Position numbers and translations under genes: made by a program
The notes under the pieces: model-generated
Told to the model about the DNA's origin: nothing
The model's database searches: none
The model's input: only the letters and a program-made list of their open reading frames with translations
Shown here: positions 1 through 15,080 of the stretch, one piece after another
Layout: each line of letters starts with the position of its first letter
Numbering within the stretch: the first letter of the stretch is position 1
Assembly (NCBI GenBank): GCA_964016885.1
Contig: OZ024742.1
Coordinates: 242,172,001-242,236,000 of the forward strand
Reading direction: 5' to 3'
DNA: 64,000 nt
Source: Eledone cirrhosa
Taxonomy: Eukaryota

Positions 1-1120
1 GCAGCACGCTGTTTTGGGGTGGCTAGGTTATGATGTCAGCATGATTTCCAGCTGTTAACTCTATGGAAACTTTCTTTTCATTGTGATTACCATATTATAA
101 CAGGCCCGCGTAGAAGAAATGTTTTCTCTCTCGCTCTGTTACGTCGGACATATTGTCCGACATAAGTTCTCTTAGGCGATTGAATAGCCCTGCATGAATA
201 ATGATTTCGTTTCAAATGTAAGAGTCAGGTTTGAAGCGATGCCAACGCAACTAAAACACCACTCAGAAACGCCTCTGTTTAACTCAACTGCCAACAAAAT
301 AATATATCTATCGTTTAATAATGGACAACATGACTGCTGTTTATTTAATGATGCAGCAAAGCAGTCGGCTCTTGGAGAATGCTTTCAGGTAGAGAATAAC
401 GATTATTATATTATTAGTAAACATTTATTCATTATATTGTGTGTGTATCCCCATTTTGCTTTATTGAATTTGAATTATATATATTACTCTATTTTGCATT
501 CATCGATTTAATATTTATGTTGTTTGAACTTGACTTATTTGTCATTATTCTGCCGTTGACATCATCCTGGTAATCTTACCATTCCGTCTCATCAATTCAA
601 CATGTTATTACTATCATATCAGTGCTCCTATTCTATTTCTTTCATACGCCGAACAAGGTATGGGGTGCTATTATAACATGTGTTTCTTTTGTCTAAAGTA
701 CTCTCTGTAGTTTGTGTAAAATAACCATGAAAATTATTTCCTACCTGTCTTATATATTTATAGGAACTGAGGCTTTCGCACATGTATTTGTCTTCATAGT
801 GTTTTTTTTCTCAAGGAAACTATCAAATCGACTGTTTTGCTTTCAATCGCCACATTCTGGTTATCTCAATTTCCAGATTTTTTTTCACATATAAAAGTTT
901 TTTTTTCCTTTTCTGATAGAGATATATATCGTTTGTTTAAATCGATACATCGATGAAGATCCATTTCATTTTGTAATGGCCTATCATGGTAATAATATCC
1001 GGCTGGTTTTATTTAATTCCACTGTCTTTATGTATCGTAATTTCACCATAGTATCGTAACTTTCGCATTTTTTGTGATAATTTAGGTTTATTGTCTGTGC
1101 TCTCTTCTTCTGACCAATTC

Positions 1121-1297
1121 ATAATTGTTTCTACTATTGGCACAAGGCCAGAAAATTACCCAGTACATTACTGGTACTTTATTTTATCGACCCCGTAAGG
1201 ATGAAAGGCAAAGTTAACCTCGGCGGGATTTGAACTCAGAATGGCAAGGGCCGTAACTCTATGCGTCAAAGCATGGCGTCCGAGTGGTATATTGCCA
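1121..1297 (-). mobile_element. tRNA-derived SINE copy
   Basis: Reverse complement of the recurring consensus TGGCAGTATCGG (A box) ... GAGTTCAAATCCC (B box) GCCGAGGTTAACTTTGCCTTTCATCCTTACGGGGTCGATAAAATAAAGTACCAGTAAT ... CCTTGTGCCAAAAGTAGAAACAATT(ATT)n. Boundaries approximate. Confidence 0.85.
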
Positions 1298-1350
1298 GTG
1301 TTTGAAAGTTTCAACTGTCATCCCGGCATATCTATTATTTTGGCTAGAAT

Positions 1351-1534
1351 TAATTGTTTCTACTTTTGGCGCAAGGCCAGCAATTATCCCAGTACGTTAC
1401 TGGTACTTTATAGTATCGACCTCGTAACGATGAAAGACAAAGTTAACCTCGGCGGGATTTGAACTCAGGCCGTAAAGGGATTTAACACTCTGCTGCAAAG
1501 CATGGCATCCGATCCTTTACTGATACTGCCAATC
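1351..1534 (-). mobile_element. tRNA-derived SINE copy
   Basis: Same consensus, in tandem with the previous copy. Confidence 0.85.
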
Positions 1535-1954
1535 CTTGGCTAAAAATAATGCGATGGATTATTTTCTTTTAAAACACTATATTTTCTGGAGTATATATTT
1601 TGCAGTATGTTTCATTATATGCTAGAAGTACTGTTTAATGGGACAGTGTGGGTGTTGTGACGTGATCAATGATCATTGCGTCACAACTTTATGTCAAGCA
1701 ACTTCAGAATCCTGGACTAGCCTTTCATTCTCTCAAAGTCGGCTGAGGAATGGTGTTAAACTTATGGAGATCCATCTTTCTCATACCGAAGTTTTGGCCT
1801 GTGTTACAAATGATTATTTGGTGTTATAGAAAAGCAACAAATTTTCTCAAAATACCCTGTTATTTCATTGCATCCAAAGAATAGTCTTGCTGGAACGCAA
1901 ACCTTCACGCCACATACATAACAACGTATATTCTCTACGTTATTAATATATAGC

Positions 1955-2075
1955 ATTCTGAGTTCAAATCCCGCCGAGGTTAACTTTGCCTTTCATCCTT
2001 ACGGGGTCGATAAAATAAAGTACCAGTAATGTACTGGCTGATTGCTGGCCTTGTGCCAAAAGTAGAAACAGTTAT
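1955..2075 (+). mobile_element. 5'-truncated SINE copy
   Basis: B box, core and tail. Flanked by a direct repeat gttattaatatatagcatt at about 1939 and 2071, probably a TSD. Confidence 0.85.
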
Positions 2076-2556
2076 TAATATATAGCATTGTGCAAACGAC
2101 GGAAGTGGTTCTTATTGTCTTCTATGAGACAAATGATTTGAGAAGAACGCAAAATTAGCGATGAAAATGAATAGATATTTTTCGTTTCAATTTCCAATTA
2201 ACTAATGAATATTAAACGGTATTACCATATAAGGGCTGATTTATTCGGCTACACCTTCACCTTCAAAGGTTATTGAAGACAGTAGAATAATATATAAAAT
2301 ACCATACTATTAAATATAGCGATTTTAGAATTATGTTATATTTTGTAACTATTCAAACTCCTACCTTTATGATTTTTCAGAAAATTAATTAATTTCTGTC
2401 AGTTGTCAGACCAGATATAAGTCATAGTTATTTTAGTATTATACGACATATTACATAAAACTATTTTATATAATTCAAAAATGAAAATCAAAATTCCAAC
2501 GATGTATTAAACGATTCACTTGACTTGTGATGAGGAAAATAGCAGTTATTAATTAC

Positions 2557-2660
2557 AAAATCCCACGGAGGTTAACTTTGCCTGACGGGGTCGATAAAAT
2601 AAAGCACCAGTAATACACAGGGATAATTTCTGGCCTTGTGCCAAAAGTAGAAACAAATAA
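2557..2660 (+). mobile_element. SINE fragment
   Basis: Core and tail of the same consensus. Confidence 0.75.
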
Positions 2661-3269
2661 TTACAATTTCTTTTACTGTTATTTCAAATAAGATTTCAAA
2701 TTATGTTGAATATATATCGTACGTATAAACCAACTTGATTGAAATTTGATCTGGGAGGAGGCTATTTAAACTGAATCATGTGATGATTATTGAAGAAAAA
2801 TCCAGAATTATTATTTTTTTAGATTAAACATGCATTATATTGAAAGGAAACGAAGTAAAATATGGCGTTTATGTTTTCATCAGTAGAATTAGCAATATAA
2901 TTGAAGAGGAACAGGCTCCACTAGAAATTGAAACCGCGGCAGGTCTAAAATTAACTTCGCATGAGCGCTTTCTTTACTATTTTATATTGTGTATTGACTT
3001 TGTTACAGGGGAAATACTTTCGAGTCTGGAAGGAGGGTGTTTATCTTTGGACGATAGATTTGATCCAACAAATGCTTCTATCAAAGATGATTCCACAGAT
3101 GATATCCAATCCATTTTAGGTAAAATTAAAAACGAGCCCTTCAAATAAATGCTAGATAACACTGAATAAAACAAATAGAACAACCATGTTAAAAAGATGT
3201 TTGATTCTATTCAACAAGATAGAAGAAAGGACAAAATAATGTTGCTTCCAAACTATCTGCGTACTATTA

Positions 3270-3368
3270 AGGTTGACTTTGCCTTTCATCCTTACGGGGT
3301 CGATAAAATAAAATACCAGTAATGCACTGGAAAATTGCTGGCCTTGTGCCTAAAGTAGAAACAATTAA
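3270..3368 (+). mobile_element. SINE fragment
   Basis: Core and tail of the same consensus. Confidence 0.8.
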
Positions 3369-3497
3369 ATTATTGCCATATTTGATCATGGAACATTATA
3401 AGATTACGATGTCATCTAACTATTCATATAACTATCTATCAATTTTCTCTCTCTCTCTCTCTCTCCCTCCCCCTCTCTCTCTCTCTCTCTCTCTCTG

Positions 3498-3694
<197 letters not shown>

Positions 3695-3727
3695 ATATAC
3701 ATGTATATATCATATATATATATATAT

Positions 3728-5180
3728 ATATTCATTAGTTAAGCAAAGCAAGACCACAAATTTCACAAGGAAGACATTATTAAAAGATTGTTAACATATT
3801 TTAGTTTATTGTAAGGAATGTAGAGAATAATAATAATGTCCGTTTACAATTGTTTCGCTACTCCATATATTTCTGGATCAGATGACTATATATCATTATT
3901 GATCTGGTTCAGTTGAAAATAATTAACATATTTAAAAACAGAGCGGCTCATCGGAACTTCAAAGGAATATAAATTAAAATAAGGAGAGAATGTTACATAA
4001 TGTAATGTTCCATATATTGGTATTTCAGTATGGTGTCCTGGTTGTATCAGTTGTCAGCCATAATCAAGCAGTATTCATCTGTCGAGGCTGCATTGTGTGA
4101 GATCTGCCTATGGGTAACAAGATGACTGCCAAAGGACATATTTACCTTACTAATTAGAGGGTAGTTTCAGGGGAAGTAACTCCTCGAGAGATTAGAAATT
4201 GTGGGTAGTTTATAGTTAAGTGCTAATTTTTAAATTTTTTAATTGAGAGACAATGTAGTGGAGGTAACTTATAATTATCTAAGTTAATTATAGCTATTTA
4301 ACTTATTAGCTACAAGTAAAAATGGGGCTAGATGACTATGTCGGGTCAAATATTTTATTGGCGAAGGAATTAGCCCTTCGATGTTGACAGCTAATAGTTA
4401 CCTCCGTTCTATCGTTAATCGGTAGAGGTCGTGATAGAGTTATGTAATATGGTTATGACTTATAAGTTACCTCCCCTACATTGTCTCTCAATTAAAAAAA
4501 TTTTAAATTAGCACTTAACTATAAACTACCCACAATTTCTAATCTCTCGAGGAGTTACTTCCCCTGAAACCACCCTCTAAGTAAGGTAAATAGGTCCTTT
4601 GGCAGCCATCGTGTTACCCATAGGCAGATCTCACACAATGCAGCCTCGCCAGATGGTTACTGCTTCATTATGGCTGACAACTGATACAACCAGGACACCA
4701 TAGTGAAATACCAATATATGGAACATTACATTATGTAACATTCTCTCTTTATTTTAATTTATATCCCTTTGAAGTTCCGATGAGCCGCTCTGTTTTTAAA
4801 TATGTTAATTATTTTCAACTGAACCAGATCAATACTGATATATAGTCATCTGGTCCAGAAATATTATATGGAGTAGCGAAACAATTGTAAACGGATATTA
4901 TTATTATTAATATTATTATTATTCTCTACACTCCTTACATCAAACTAAAATATGTTGACAATCTTTTAATAATGTCTTCCTTGTCAAGTTTGTGGTCTTG
5001 TTTTGCTTAACTATTGAATATTTCCAGCTCTGCGCGCCTAACTTCTGCATGAACCCACCACCTAGCTGCTTTCTACTGCATATTTCACATTGAGCATATG
5101 CCTTTACGCTTTGGCTTCTAACTAATTCACCAATCTCTCCTCTCCTATCTCCATCTCTCTCTTTAAGATTGGTTACTCTT
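3728..5180 (+). mobile_element. Fold-back Penelope-like pLTR element; inverted arms 3728-4274 and 4460-5021, tail 5022-5180
   Basis: About 550 bp arms are reverse complements with scattered mismatches. Each holds a hammerhead fold. Flanked by (TA)n and (TG)n. Confidence 0.75.
4774..4892 (+). ncRNA. Type I hammerhead-like motif, CCGAUGA core, long stem II insert (mirror copy 3842-3957 on -)
   Basis: GTT-CCGATGA-GCCGCTC...GAGTAGC-GAA-ACAATTGT-A-AAC. Palindromic stem III, GUA site. Confidence 0.6.
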
Positions 5181-5269
5181 GAACTGTGTGTGTGTGTATA
5201 TATATATATATATGTGTGTGTGTGTATAATATTTCTATATCTATCGAGCTATCTGTCTGTCTCTTTATC

Positions 5270-7309
<2,040 letters not shown>

Positions 7310-7394
7310 AAAAGGTAAACAAAAATAACAACCCAATCAGTACAGTATATGGAAGGGATATATTAGGTTAACGCTTGATATAGCAGGAAGAGGG

Positions 7395-7430
7395 TCTTAA
7401 CGTTTCGGACGCTAGTCCTTCATCAGAAGA
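7395..7430 (-). ncRNA. Minimal type I hammerhead, canonical core, in a PLE pLTR remnant (~7310-7480)
   Basis: TCTT-CTGATGA-A-GGAC(TAGC)GTCC-GAA-ACGT-T-AAGA. A decayed copy of the same family lies on + at ~18195-18340. Confidence 0.75.
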
Positions 7431-8711
7431 AAGAATGAGAAATAAGATCGTTTGGGTGGACTGGCGCGTTGGAATTGGAAAAAAATGTCTTTAGCTAAAA
7501 ATATATATATATACTTATATACTTTCTTACACGCATGCATGTGAAAATGCCTACAAATAGTATGCTTGTTAATGCATGGACTAAGATCTCCGTTGAAACT
7601 TTCTCTGCTACGAAGGATTTATCTCTTGAATTGATTAAGTGTTAGAATAGCGAAGGTTTTAGATGAGGCAGGTGTAGAATGGATTACATTTCTTAAGCTA
7701 AAATTAATGTGAATGTAATGTGTTTTGTTTTGGAAGTTGTAACACTTTCTATATTGGGTGATTTTACTAGAAAAGTACTTTTCATTTACATAAACGCATA
7801 CATACATACATACATGCATGCATTCATATATATACATACATACATGCATTCATATATACATACATACATACATGCATTCATATATACATTTCATAATTTA
7901 ACTAGTTTCATTCATTGGAAAGTAACTATATTGGGCCCCAGTTTCAAGATTTTTCCTTGAATTGTGTTAACCTCGTTCTTTAGGCAACAATCATATTATC
8001 AACTTCGGGACAATGGAAACACAAGTGTGTACTTGTGTGAAATTTGACCTAAAAATATAAATGGACCTAACCGACTGTAGATGTGCATGTATGTGTTGTG
8101 TGTGTGCACGTACCGGTGTGTGTATGTATTTTACCTAAAGTCGAATTATGTTCTAAATACATTTCATATTTTCATATACCAATATTGTTTTAAAAGCTTA
8201 GATAGCATACAATTGGTATGATTTTAATAATCACTACCCTAAAACAACTCTTCATAAATCGTGTGAAACCACAGTCGGTCTAAGGGCTGAGGATCCATGT
8301 AGATGTTTATGAACATCTCTCGCCCTATCACTTCTACGGCCAACACACTTCTAGCCACTGATTTCTTTTCTTTTGCGGTAAATTTTACCCGACCATGTCA
8401 TTGGCGGCCTTTTGCTGTTTTAACAGCTTCTTTGCGTTGAGTTCGTGATAGCTTATTGTAATTATTTGCTACAAAAGCTACTAGAATTAAGAAAATAATG
8501 CAAGATCTAAATAGAAATTGATCCCATTACACAATGGATAATGGATGATTTTTAAATACAAAATCAAGGGAAATAACTTTTATAAGTTATTCTTGAATCA
8601 CTATCACCCTATGGACAACTGACGATGCACACCAAGTCCGAACACAGAAGGGCCGAACTCTCACTGTCATGGATCCTATCTCTCTCGCCCTCCCCATCTC
8701 TCTCTCTATTA

Positions 8712-9615
8712 TTAGCAAATGGGGTCTCACGTGCTCGCCACTCCACGGCCCCGGCGGACATAATGGAGAAGGCGTTTCCCCGAAGAGTGGGAAGGGAGAT
8801 GCGCTGGAAGAGCCATTCCATCTCATGAGGCTCACACCTGCGGCTAGACAGTTCAGCGCCTATAATGGTGAGTAGTGAGGTAGCCCTAGGTACAAGGACA
8901 CCAGAAGCCTCAACTGCTAGGGGCTCGACTGCAAACCTGTTGGAGAGCGACCGATACTTGGAGAGTTTACCTTCCTTAGCCCCAAGTGTAACAGAGCCAG
9001 GGTTAGTCGGAGACTGCACTAGGTCGCTGCAAATGGCATCCCGAATGAGGGGTTTACCAACACGCCCTCTCGGTCCAGCCCCACCGGCTTGAGCTGGGAG
9101 GGGAAGCCTGCTGCATCCAAGCCATGCTTTATGAGCTCGTTAAGGGCCTGCATGGCGTGGAAGGCGGACGGGACTGTAACAACAGGAAAGCAGGTGGAGG
9201 CTGAAAGTGTCCACGGTGTATCCGCAGCGACTTTTGTGTGACTCGCTGATCCGGAAGCCAAGCCTCAGGGAAACCCCGATGCGCAGGGTAACAATGTCCT
9301 GCTGCGTGCCAGTAGAATAGGCAATGAGCAGGCACCAATGTGGGGTTGCGAGGTCGCGCGAAAACATGCAAGGCGGTGCTGGCTTCCCTATCTGGCATCG
9401 CAAATAATCTGGGGGGCCTCATCTCCGCAGGGGGACAAGGAGAAGGAACGTCTACTGAGCTAATTCAAAGCCGGTTCCATGTTTGGCAGGCGGCCTCGCG
9501 TTCCTCGATCACAGTGGGTTCCATTGTGTTTAGGATAACCTTGTTGATTAGGACGTGGCATGTGGTTACCGATGAAAGAAACGCCGGCAAAGCCAGCGAG
9601 ATCCAGGACCGGTGG

Positions 9616-9618
<3 letters not shown>
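8712..9618 (-). mobile_element. CRE-clade non-LTR retrotransposon 3' fragment (zinc knuckle plus restriction-like endonuclease), frameshifted
   Basis: Frames give CGYTVDTFSLHLLSC..RLPRH / ALNELIKHGLDAAGFPSQLKPVGLDR / KLSKYRSL..FAVEPLAVEASG..WLFQRISL..LRGNAFSIM, typical of CRE-type RLE C-termini. Confidence 0.8.
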
Positions 9619-9677
<59 letters not shown>

Positions 9678-9953
9678 GATTTGGTGCTCTGAAATAGCGA
9701 TATATATATGAATGTATATATATAGTGTATTTTGCAATACACTGTATGCTTAATTAAAAGCATTTCGAAGACCTTACGCTATTGTTTTAGAGTAGTGACA
9801 GTCTCACTTACTTTAAATTTTCAGCAAACAGGAGAGATAAAGCTGACAGAGCTCTGTTTTGTAATTTTTGGTACTTATCAAAGCTAACTACTGCACCTGT
9901 TTGCTGAAAATCATGAATGTTTGATACTTATAGAATTCTAGTAATAATCAGGA

Positions 9954-10060
9954 ACTGATTATACGTAAAGTATAGTGAGACTGTCACTAACTGATTATAC
10001 GTAAAGTATAGTGAGACTGTCACTAACTGATTATACGTAAAGTAAGTGAGACTGTCACTA
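9954..10060 (+). repeat. 36 bp x3 tandem repeat at the inversion junction
   Basis: ACTGATTATACGTAAAGTATAGTGAGACTGTCACTA at 9954, 9990 and 10026. Confidence 0.9.
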
Positions 10061-10262
10061 CTCTAAAACAATAGCGTAAGGTCTTCGAAATGCTTTTAAT
10101 TAAGCATACAGTGTATTGCAAAATACACTATATATACATTCATATATATATTGCTATTTCAGAGCACCAATTCTAATTTTCAATTTCTGCTTGACCGGCA
10201 ACCGCTCTGTATAATCAGTTCCTGATTATTACTAGAATTCTATAAGAATCAAACATTCATGA

Positions 10263-10355
10263 TTTTCAGCAAACAGGTGGAGTAGTTAGCTTTGATAAGT
10301 ACCAAAAAGTACGAAACAGAGCTCTGTCAGCTTTATCTCCCCTGTTTGCTGAAAA
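10263..10355 (+). ncRNA. Extended type I hammerhead ribozyme with U3-A8 core
   Basis: TTTTCAGCAAACAGG.GGAG..AGCT-TTGATAA-GTAC(CAAAAA)GTAC-GAA-ACAG(AGCT)CTGT-C-AGCT..CTCC.CCTGTTTGCTGAAAA. GUC site, cleavage predicted after 10328. Confidence 0.8.
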
Positions 10356-10472
10356 AATATTTAAAGTAAGTGAGACTGTCACTACTCTAAAACAATAGCG
10401 TAAGGTCTTCGAAATGCTTTTAATTAAGCATACAGTGTATTGCAAAATACACCATATATACATTCATATATA

Positions 10473-10523
<51 letters not shown>

Positions 10524-10567
10524 GACCTAAAGTAAGAAAATTATAAAAATTAACTTACTAAAATTTC

Positions 10568-10651
10568 ACTCCAACTAATTAGTTTCTGAAAGGGAATAAA
10601 CATTGTTTCCGAATGGAACAACATGGAGAATGCCTTTCGTCATCAGGAAGT
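10568..10651 (-). ncRNA. Type I hammerhead, canonical core, in a PLE-like remnant (~10520-10950)
   Basis: ACTTC-CTGATGA-CGAAAGG...CCTTTCA-GAA-ACTAATTAGT-T-GGAGT. 5 bp stem I, palindromic stem III. Confidence 0.7.
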
Positions 10652-11055
10652 CAATTCTTAGCTAAGTTCCCAGGCGATGCGTGGACACAGGGAACTTATA
10701 CAAAAATAATTCAGTGGATGGAAAAAAGCAAGCGAGGACTAAATTCCAAGAGATTGAAAAAATCACTACCTACTTGGTCGGTGGCAAATTCAAAAGAATC
10801 AATCACGTGACATCGAGGTTAATCAGTGAGGAGTGGGGTGTTAAGAAGACAGTAGCCGACCTATTACTATGAACTATAGTAGCAGTTTTGGCAAATTTTT
10901 GCTCAACAAAATAATTTGGAGATAATTATAAAGAATTAGTATATCTACCAACATATATATACAGATGCATACCTATGCTAGCAAATATATAGGTTTTGAC
11001 TTAGTAAATCTGTGGTTCAATGCAAGGGGATGCAGAACAATTATATGAAAGACGT

Positions 11056-11145
<90 letters not shown>

Positions 11146-11919
11146 AGTTGGGTATTAGACTATTGCTCTCAACTCCACAATTCAACTACAGCTGATATTT
11201 ACGCTTACGTTTATTCATATAAATACTAATAATAGAGGTTCGAATGTTTAGGCGGCTATAAGCCTTTAACGACTATCTGAATACTTCGAAATATTTTAAC
11301 ATACCTAAGAGGTACTTTTAACAAAATTAACAATACATATCATGCATGCGCACCAAGTAGTATTTACATAAATGCCTCTATATAATTATTGTAATTAGAC
11401 TGTACAACAACAGACATTGAACATGTGATTAATTAATTAATTTATAATTAAGATAAAGTAATTAGCTGCATTTTGAAAATATAGTAGTGTTATAAACACT
11501 GAAATGGGAATGAAATATAACTATGTGTAACAACAATGAAATGGGGACACACATATGGACGAGTTCGATAAAATTGTACACATATATGTAAAATATAGAA
11601 AAAAAATCTACTTACGCAAATTTAATTCCCACGTATTCATATATATGCAGGCATATTTTAAAACAGTCAGCCTTGCATATGAACACACATGCACACAAAC
11701 GTGTAATATCATACGATTACACACACGCACAAATATAAATACACACACATAGACTCCCCCCACCACATATATATAATTATGTATTTATGTGTACGCACAT
11801 ACACACACTCTTATTAAAATATATATGTGTATAAATTTATCATCATGTGTTTGCATGTGATTGTGTGATTGTCTTTTTTAGGAAACAGTGGCGTGGTGTA
11901 TGCGCGAGTAATTATTTAA

Positions 11920-12022
<103 letters not shown>

Positions 12023-12547
12023 TATATACATATATACATATATACATATATCTATACACACATACATATAAACAACTATTTGTGTGTGAGTGTGTGTGTG
12101 CGCGTGTGTGTGTGTTTATATGCAGGTGAAAATAAAGGAAACGGTGGGGAAATGGAAGGAGACATACATGGAGAGACACTGATGTGTATTTATTACGTTA
12201 ATTTTAGAAGTGAAATAATTGGAACAACTGTCGCCATTCTGTAAGTTAATTATATTATGGAATCTCAAAGATAGGATTGTCAGAATGAGTTGCTGCGGTC
12301 AGCATATTTGCCATTTGAAATTATAATAAATAATAACATTTTCAGAGAAAATACGAATATCTATAAAATGCAGACATGCAGATTTAAATGTAGTGCAATT
12401 TTTGATATTACAATATAGTGATAAATGTATAGTAGTATTTAAACTATTACATTGTATGTAGCATGTTCTTTTAAGTTCAAAGTGTAGCGGTGTATACATG
12501 GAAGTGTAGTAGCGCAATTGTTAAACTGTAATTGCATGAAAGTATGT

Positions 12548-12620
<73 letters not shown>

Positions 12621-14619
12621 CCACCCACTTACACACATACGCCCACATCCACACACACACACACACACAAATAGTTTCAACGGGAAAACAATTTAACCTA
12701 ATAAGAAATGATTTGAAGATCCAGAACAGAGAAAGCAAGCTTCGGTAACATTTTTTGTACATATTATAACGATCCTTTATGCCAGGTGCGCTTTTCGAAC
12801 CCTTTTATTTATTATCATTTGTCTTATATAACGTGGTTTGTATAGAACATTTTCTACCGTCCACACTTTTTCATTATATATATATATATATAAAGTGAAT
12901 ATTTTACAATTGATCTTTGAGTAACTTGATTCTGTCGTTCGCAACATCCCTAAGCAGAGGAAATTGGCCTTGTTAATGATTTTATATTGAACTGTTACAT
13001 GTCGGCGTGTGAAAGAACAATATTTATATTTTATGGATTTCGTTGAGCTGTGGTCTCTTTTAAGTCCATTTATTTGTATACGAGATTAAACGATTTTTTG
13101 TTTACCATTAACTTCCTCAGAATAGGCAGCAATACTCCATCGCAGGTCACACATGATTTTCATTCATGCGTACTAGTTGCTGATGAGTTTTCATATATTT
13201 CAATTTCTGGTTTTAAAGAAGGTCAATCATTTTGACGCGGTCTTTGGTGTGATGAGTTTGTGTATTTGTGCTGGGAGATATTCAATGATGATGAGACTTT
13301 TGTAGCACTGATGAAGATCCTAGTTGTGCGATACTCATGCTAATGGGTGTGGATTGTTAAAGTGTAACTCTTAGAAATATCAGTATACAGTTATATGTAC
13401 ATTTATCCTCCTCATATAATTATCTTCTAAGAATTTTCTAATATCACATCCGCCACGAATATTCGAAAAAGGGTTAATATTCTTTCCAATTCTTATTTCG
13501 GAATTATACAAAAATGTAATTAAAAATACAGAAATCAGTAATTAGATGAAGGAATATATTACACTAGCATAGCAGCTAATGTACCAAGAGAATCTTTGCC
13601 ACGGGAAAGTCATTCAATTTGATCCCCAAAATGCAACTATTTTTGATCGTGACCTATTGATATAATCTGTATAAGGAAAACTACCAGTATACACTAATTA
13701 CAATTTGTATTAATCGTTATATAATTAATTACGTACAGATTCTTAATTATGTTGATCTTCGTATTGATATGACTGTGATCCACATGATTATCACTGTAGC
13801 AATAATTACTTTATTTAGTTTCTAATCACATGATATAAATTGAATTGTATCATATTTCTTGCTTATTTCTTCTTCTACGCAAAATTTTAAGCACAATTCT
13901 CGACGGTAGGTCAAATGCAAAACATGACATTTGGAGTGTGGCAAAAGTATAAGATAGTAATATTATCCAATAAACATTTGCAGTTGTGGTGCTATTCAAT
14001 AATGAATGACTCTTAGATACATGACTGTTAATAACATATGAAGTCTCCGTAGAACGATATTTTAACGCACAATGTAAGAAACCGAGATAAGAAACCTAGA
14101 TTAACATCCATTCTTTAAAAGATAACCACGTGATTTACAATGTCAGATTTTATGATAGCAACATCAGTGGTTTCACTCTGGAGAATGAGGGATTTCTTAG
14201 CTTATTCTTTGCAGCATTTCATTTCTTTGATCGGGTTTTGCTCGGTATGTTATCAGTGATAACATCAACTAAGATACTATATACCTTACGGTAAATAAAC
14301 AAATATAAAAAATCATAACATATTTAGATATTATTACCGGATAGCAGGATATATTTCAACATCGAGTAAATAATTCTTGCTACATTATTCTCTCAGATTT
14401 ATAAGACAATTAATCACAGTAATTCATGATTATTTGCATAACATGCAAATGCCTCATTTGCCAGTTAATTCAGTTAGGGTAAATCTAAAGGAGAAACAGT
14501 TTCTCTCAAAACGATGTCTTCATTTTAATTGAATCATCATAACCTATAGGATTTCCGAATGAGTTTAGAAAATATTTATTGAAAACTTTGTATTTGAGAC
14601 TGACACAGTTCAAGCTGAA

Positions 14620-14704
14620 TAATTGTTTCTACTTTTGGCACAGATCATAAAGGGCCGTAACTCTTTGCTGCAAAGCATGGCGTCCGACCCTCTACCGATA
14701 CTGC
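14620..14704 (-). mobile_element. SINE fragment with internal deletion
   Basis: Tail and head segments of the SINE consensus are fused. Confidence 0.65.
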
Positions 14705-14899
14705 AAAAACAAGGCCCGCAATTTTCCGAATCAAGAAAGTCGGTTATATCGACTCTAGCTCTTTACTGATTGCAAATACCTTGTATAAATGTACTTCATA
14801 AATAAGGAGTATCAACATTCATGTGCTTTAAGCAATTAATTTGATAATGAAGATACTTTCTAAAATAATACTATTGGAATGAATTTTGTAAATATTTTT

Positions 14900-15080
14900 T
14901 TATCTTCTTCGTTGCTCATATATTTCTGGGAGCTTCATGTAGGAAGAGTCCTTGAGCACACCTTCCAGAGGGTTCTGTAAGAAACAACTCTCTCCAGTTG
15001 ATGTTACAGGATCCCCAAGCGAGATCAATCGGGTTTAAGGATGTTATTTATCTACATGTAGAGTGCACTGTAGAGGCTTA
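14900..15080 (-). mobile_element. Decayed RTE-like LINE 3' end
   Basis: Reverse complement resembles 42445-42655 (ctggagagagttgtttct...ttcctacatga...cgaagaaga). Confidence 0.4.

Larger units (their letters stand above)
9671..10470. mobile_element. Fold-back PLE-like element: inverted unit plus 1.5 tandem sense units
   Basis: 9671-9964 is the reverse complement of 10040-10180 and 10209-10470. Bounded by (TA)n, contains a hammerhead. Confidence 0.75.

Noticed and set aside
143-161. Hairpin GTCGGACA-TAT-TGTCCGAC
   Set aside because: Too short and without context.
2840-3240. 102 aa ORF with exon-like pieces (2884-2942, 3009 onward)
   Set aside because: No recognisable domain, in-frame stops follow, and it cannot be linked to the receptor's missing 5' exon.
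9954-10060. 36 bp repeats as a CRISPR array
   Set aside because: No spacers, eukaryotic context and no cas genes.
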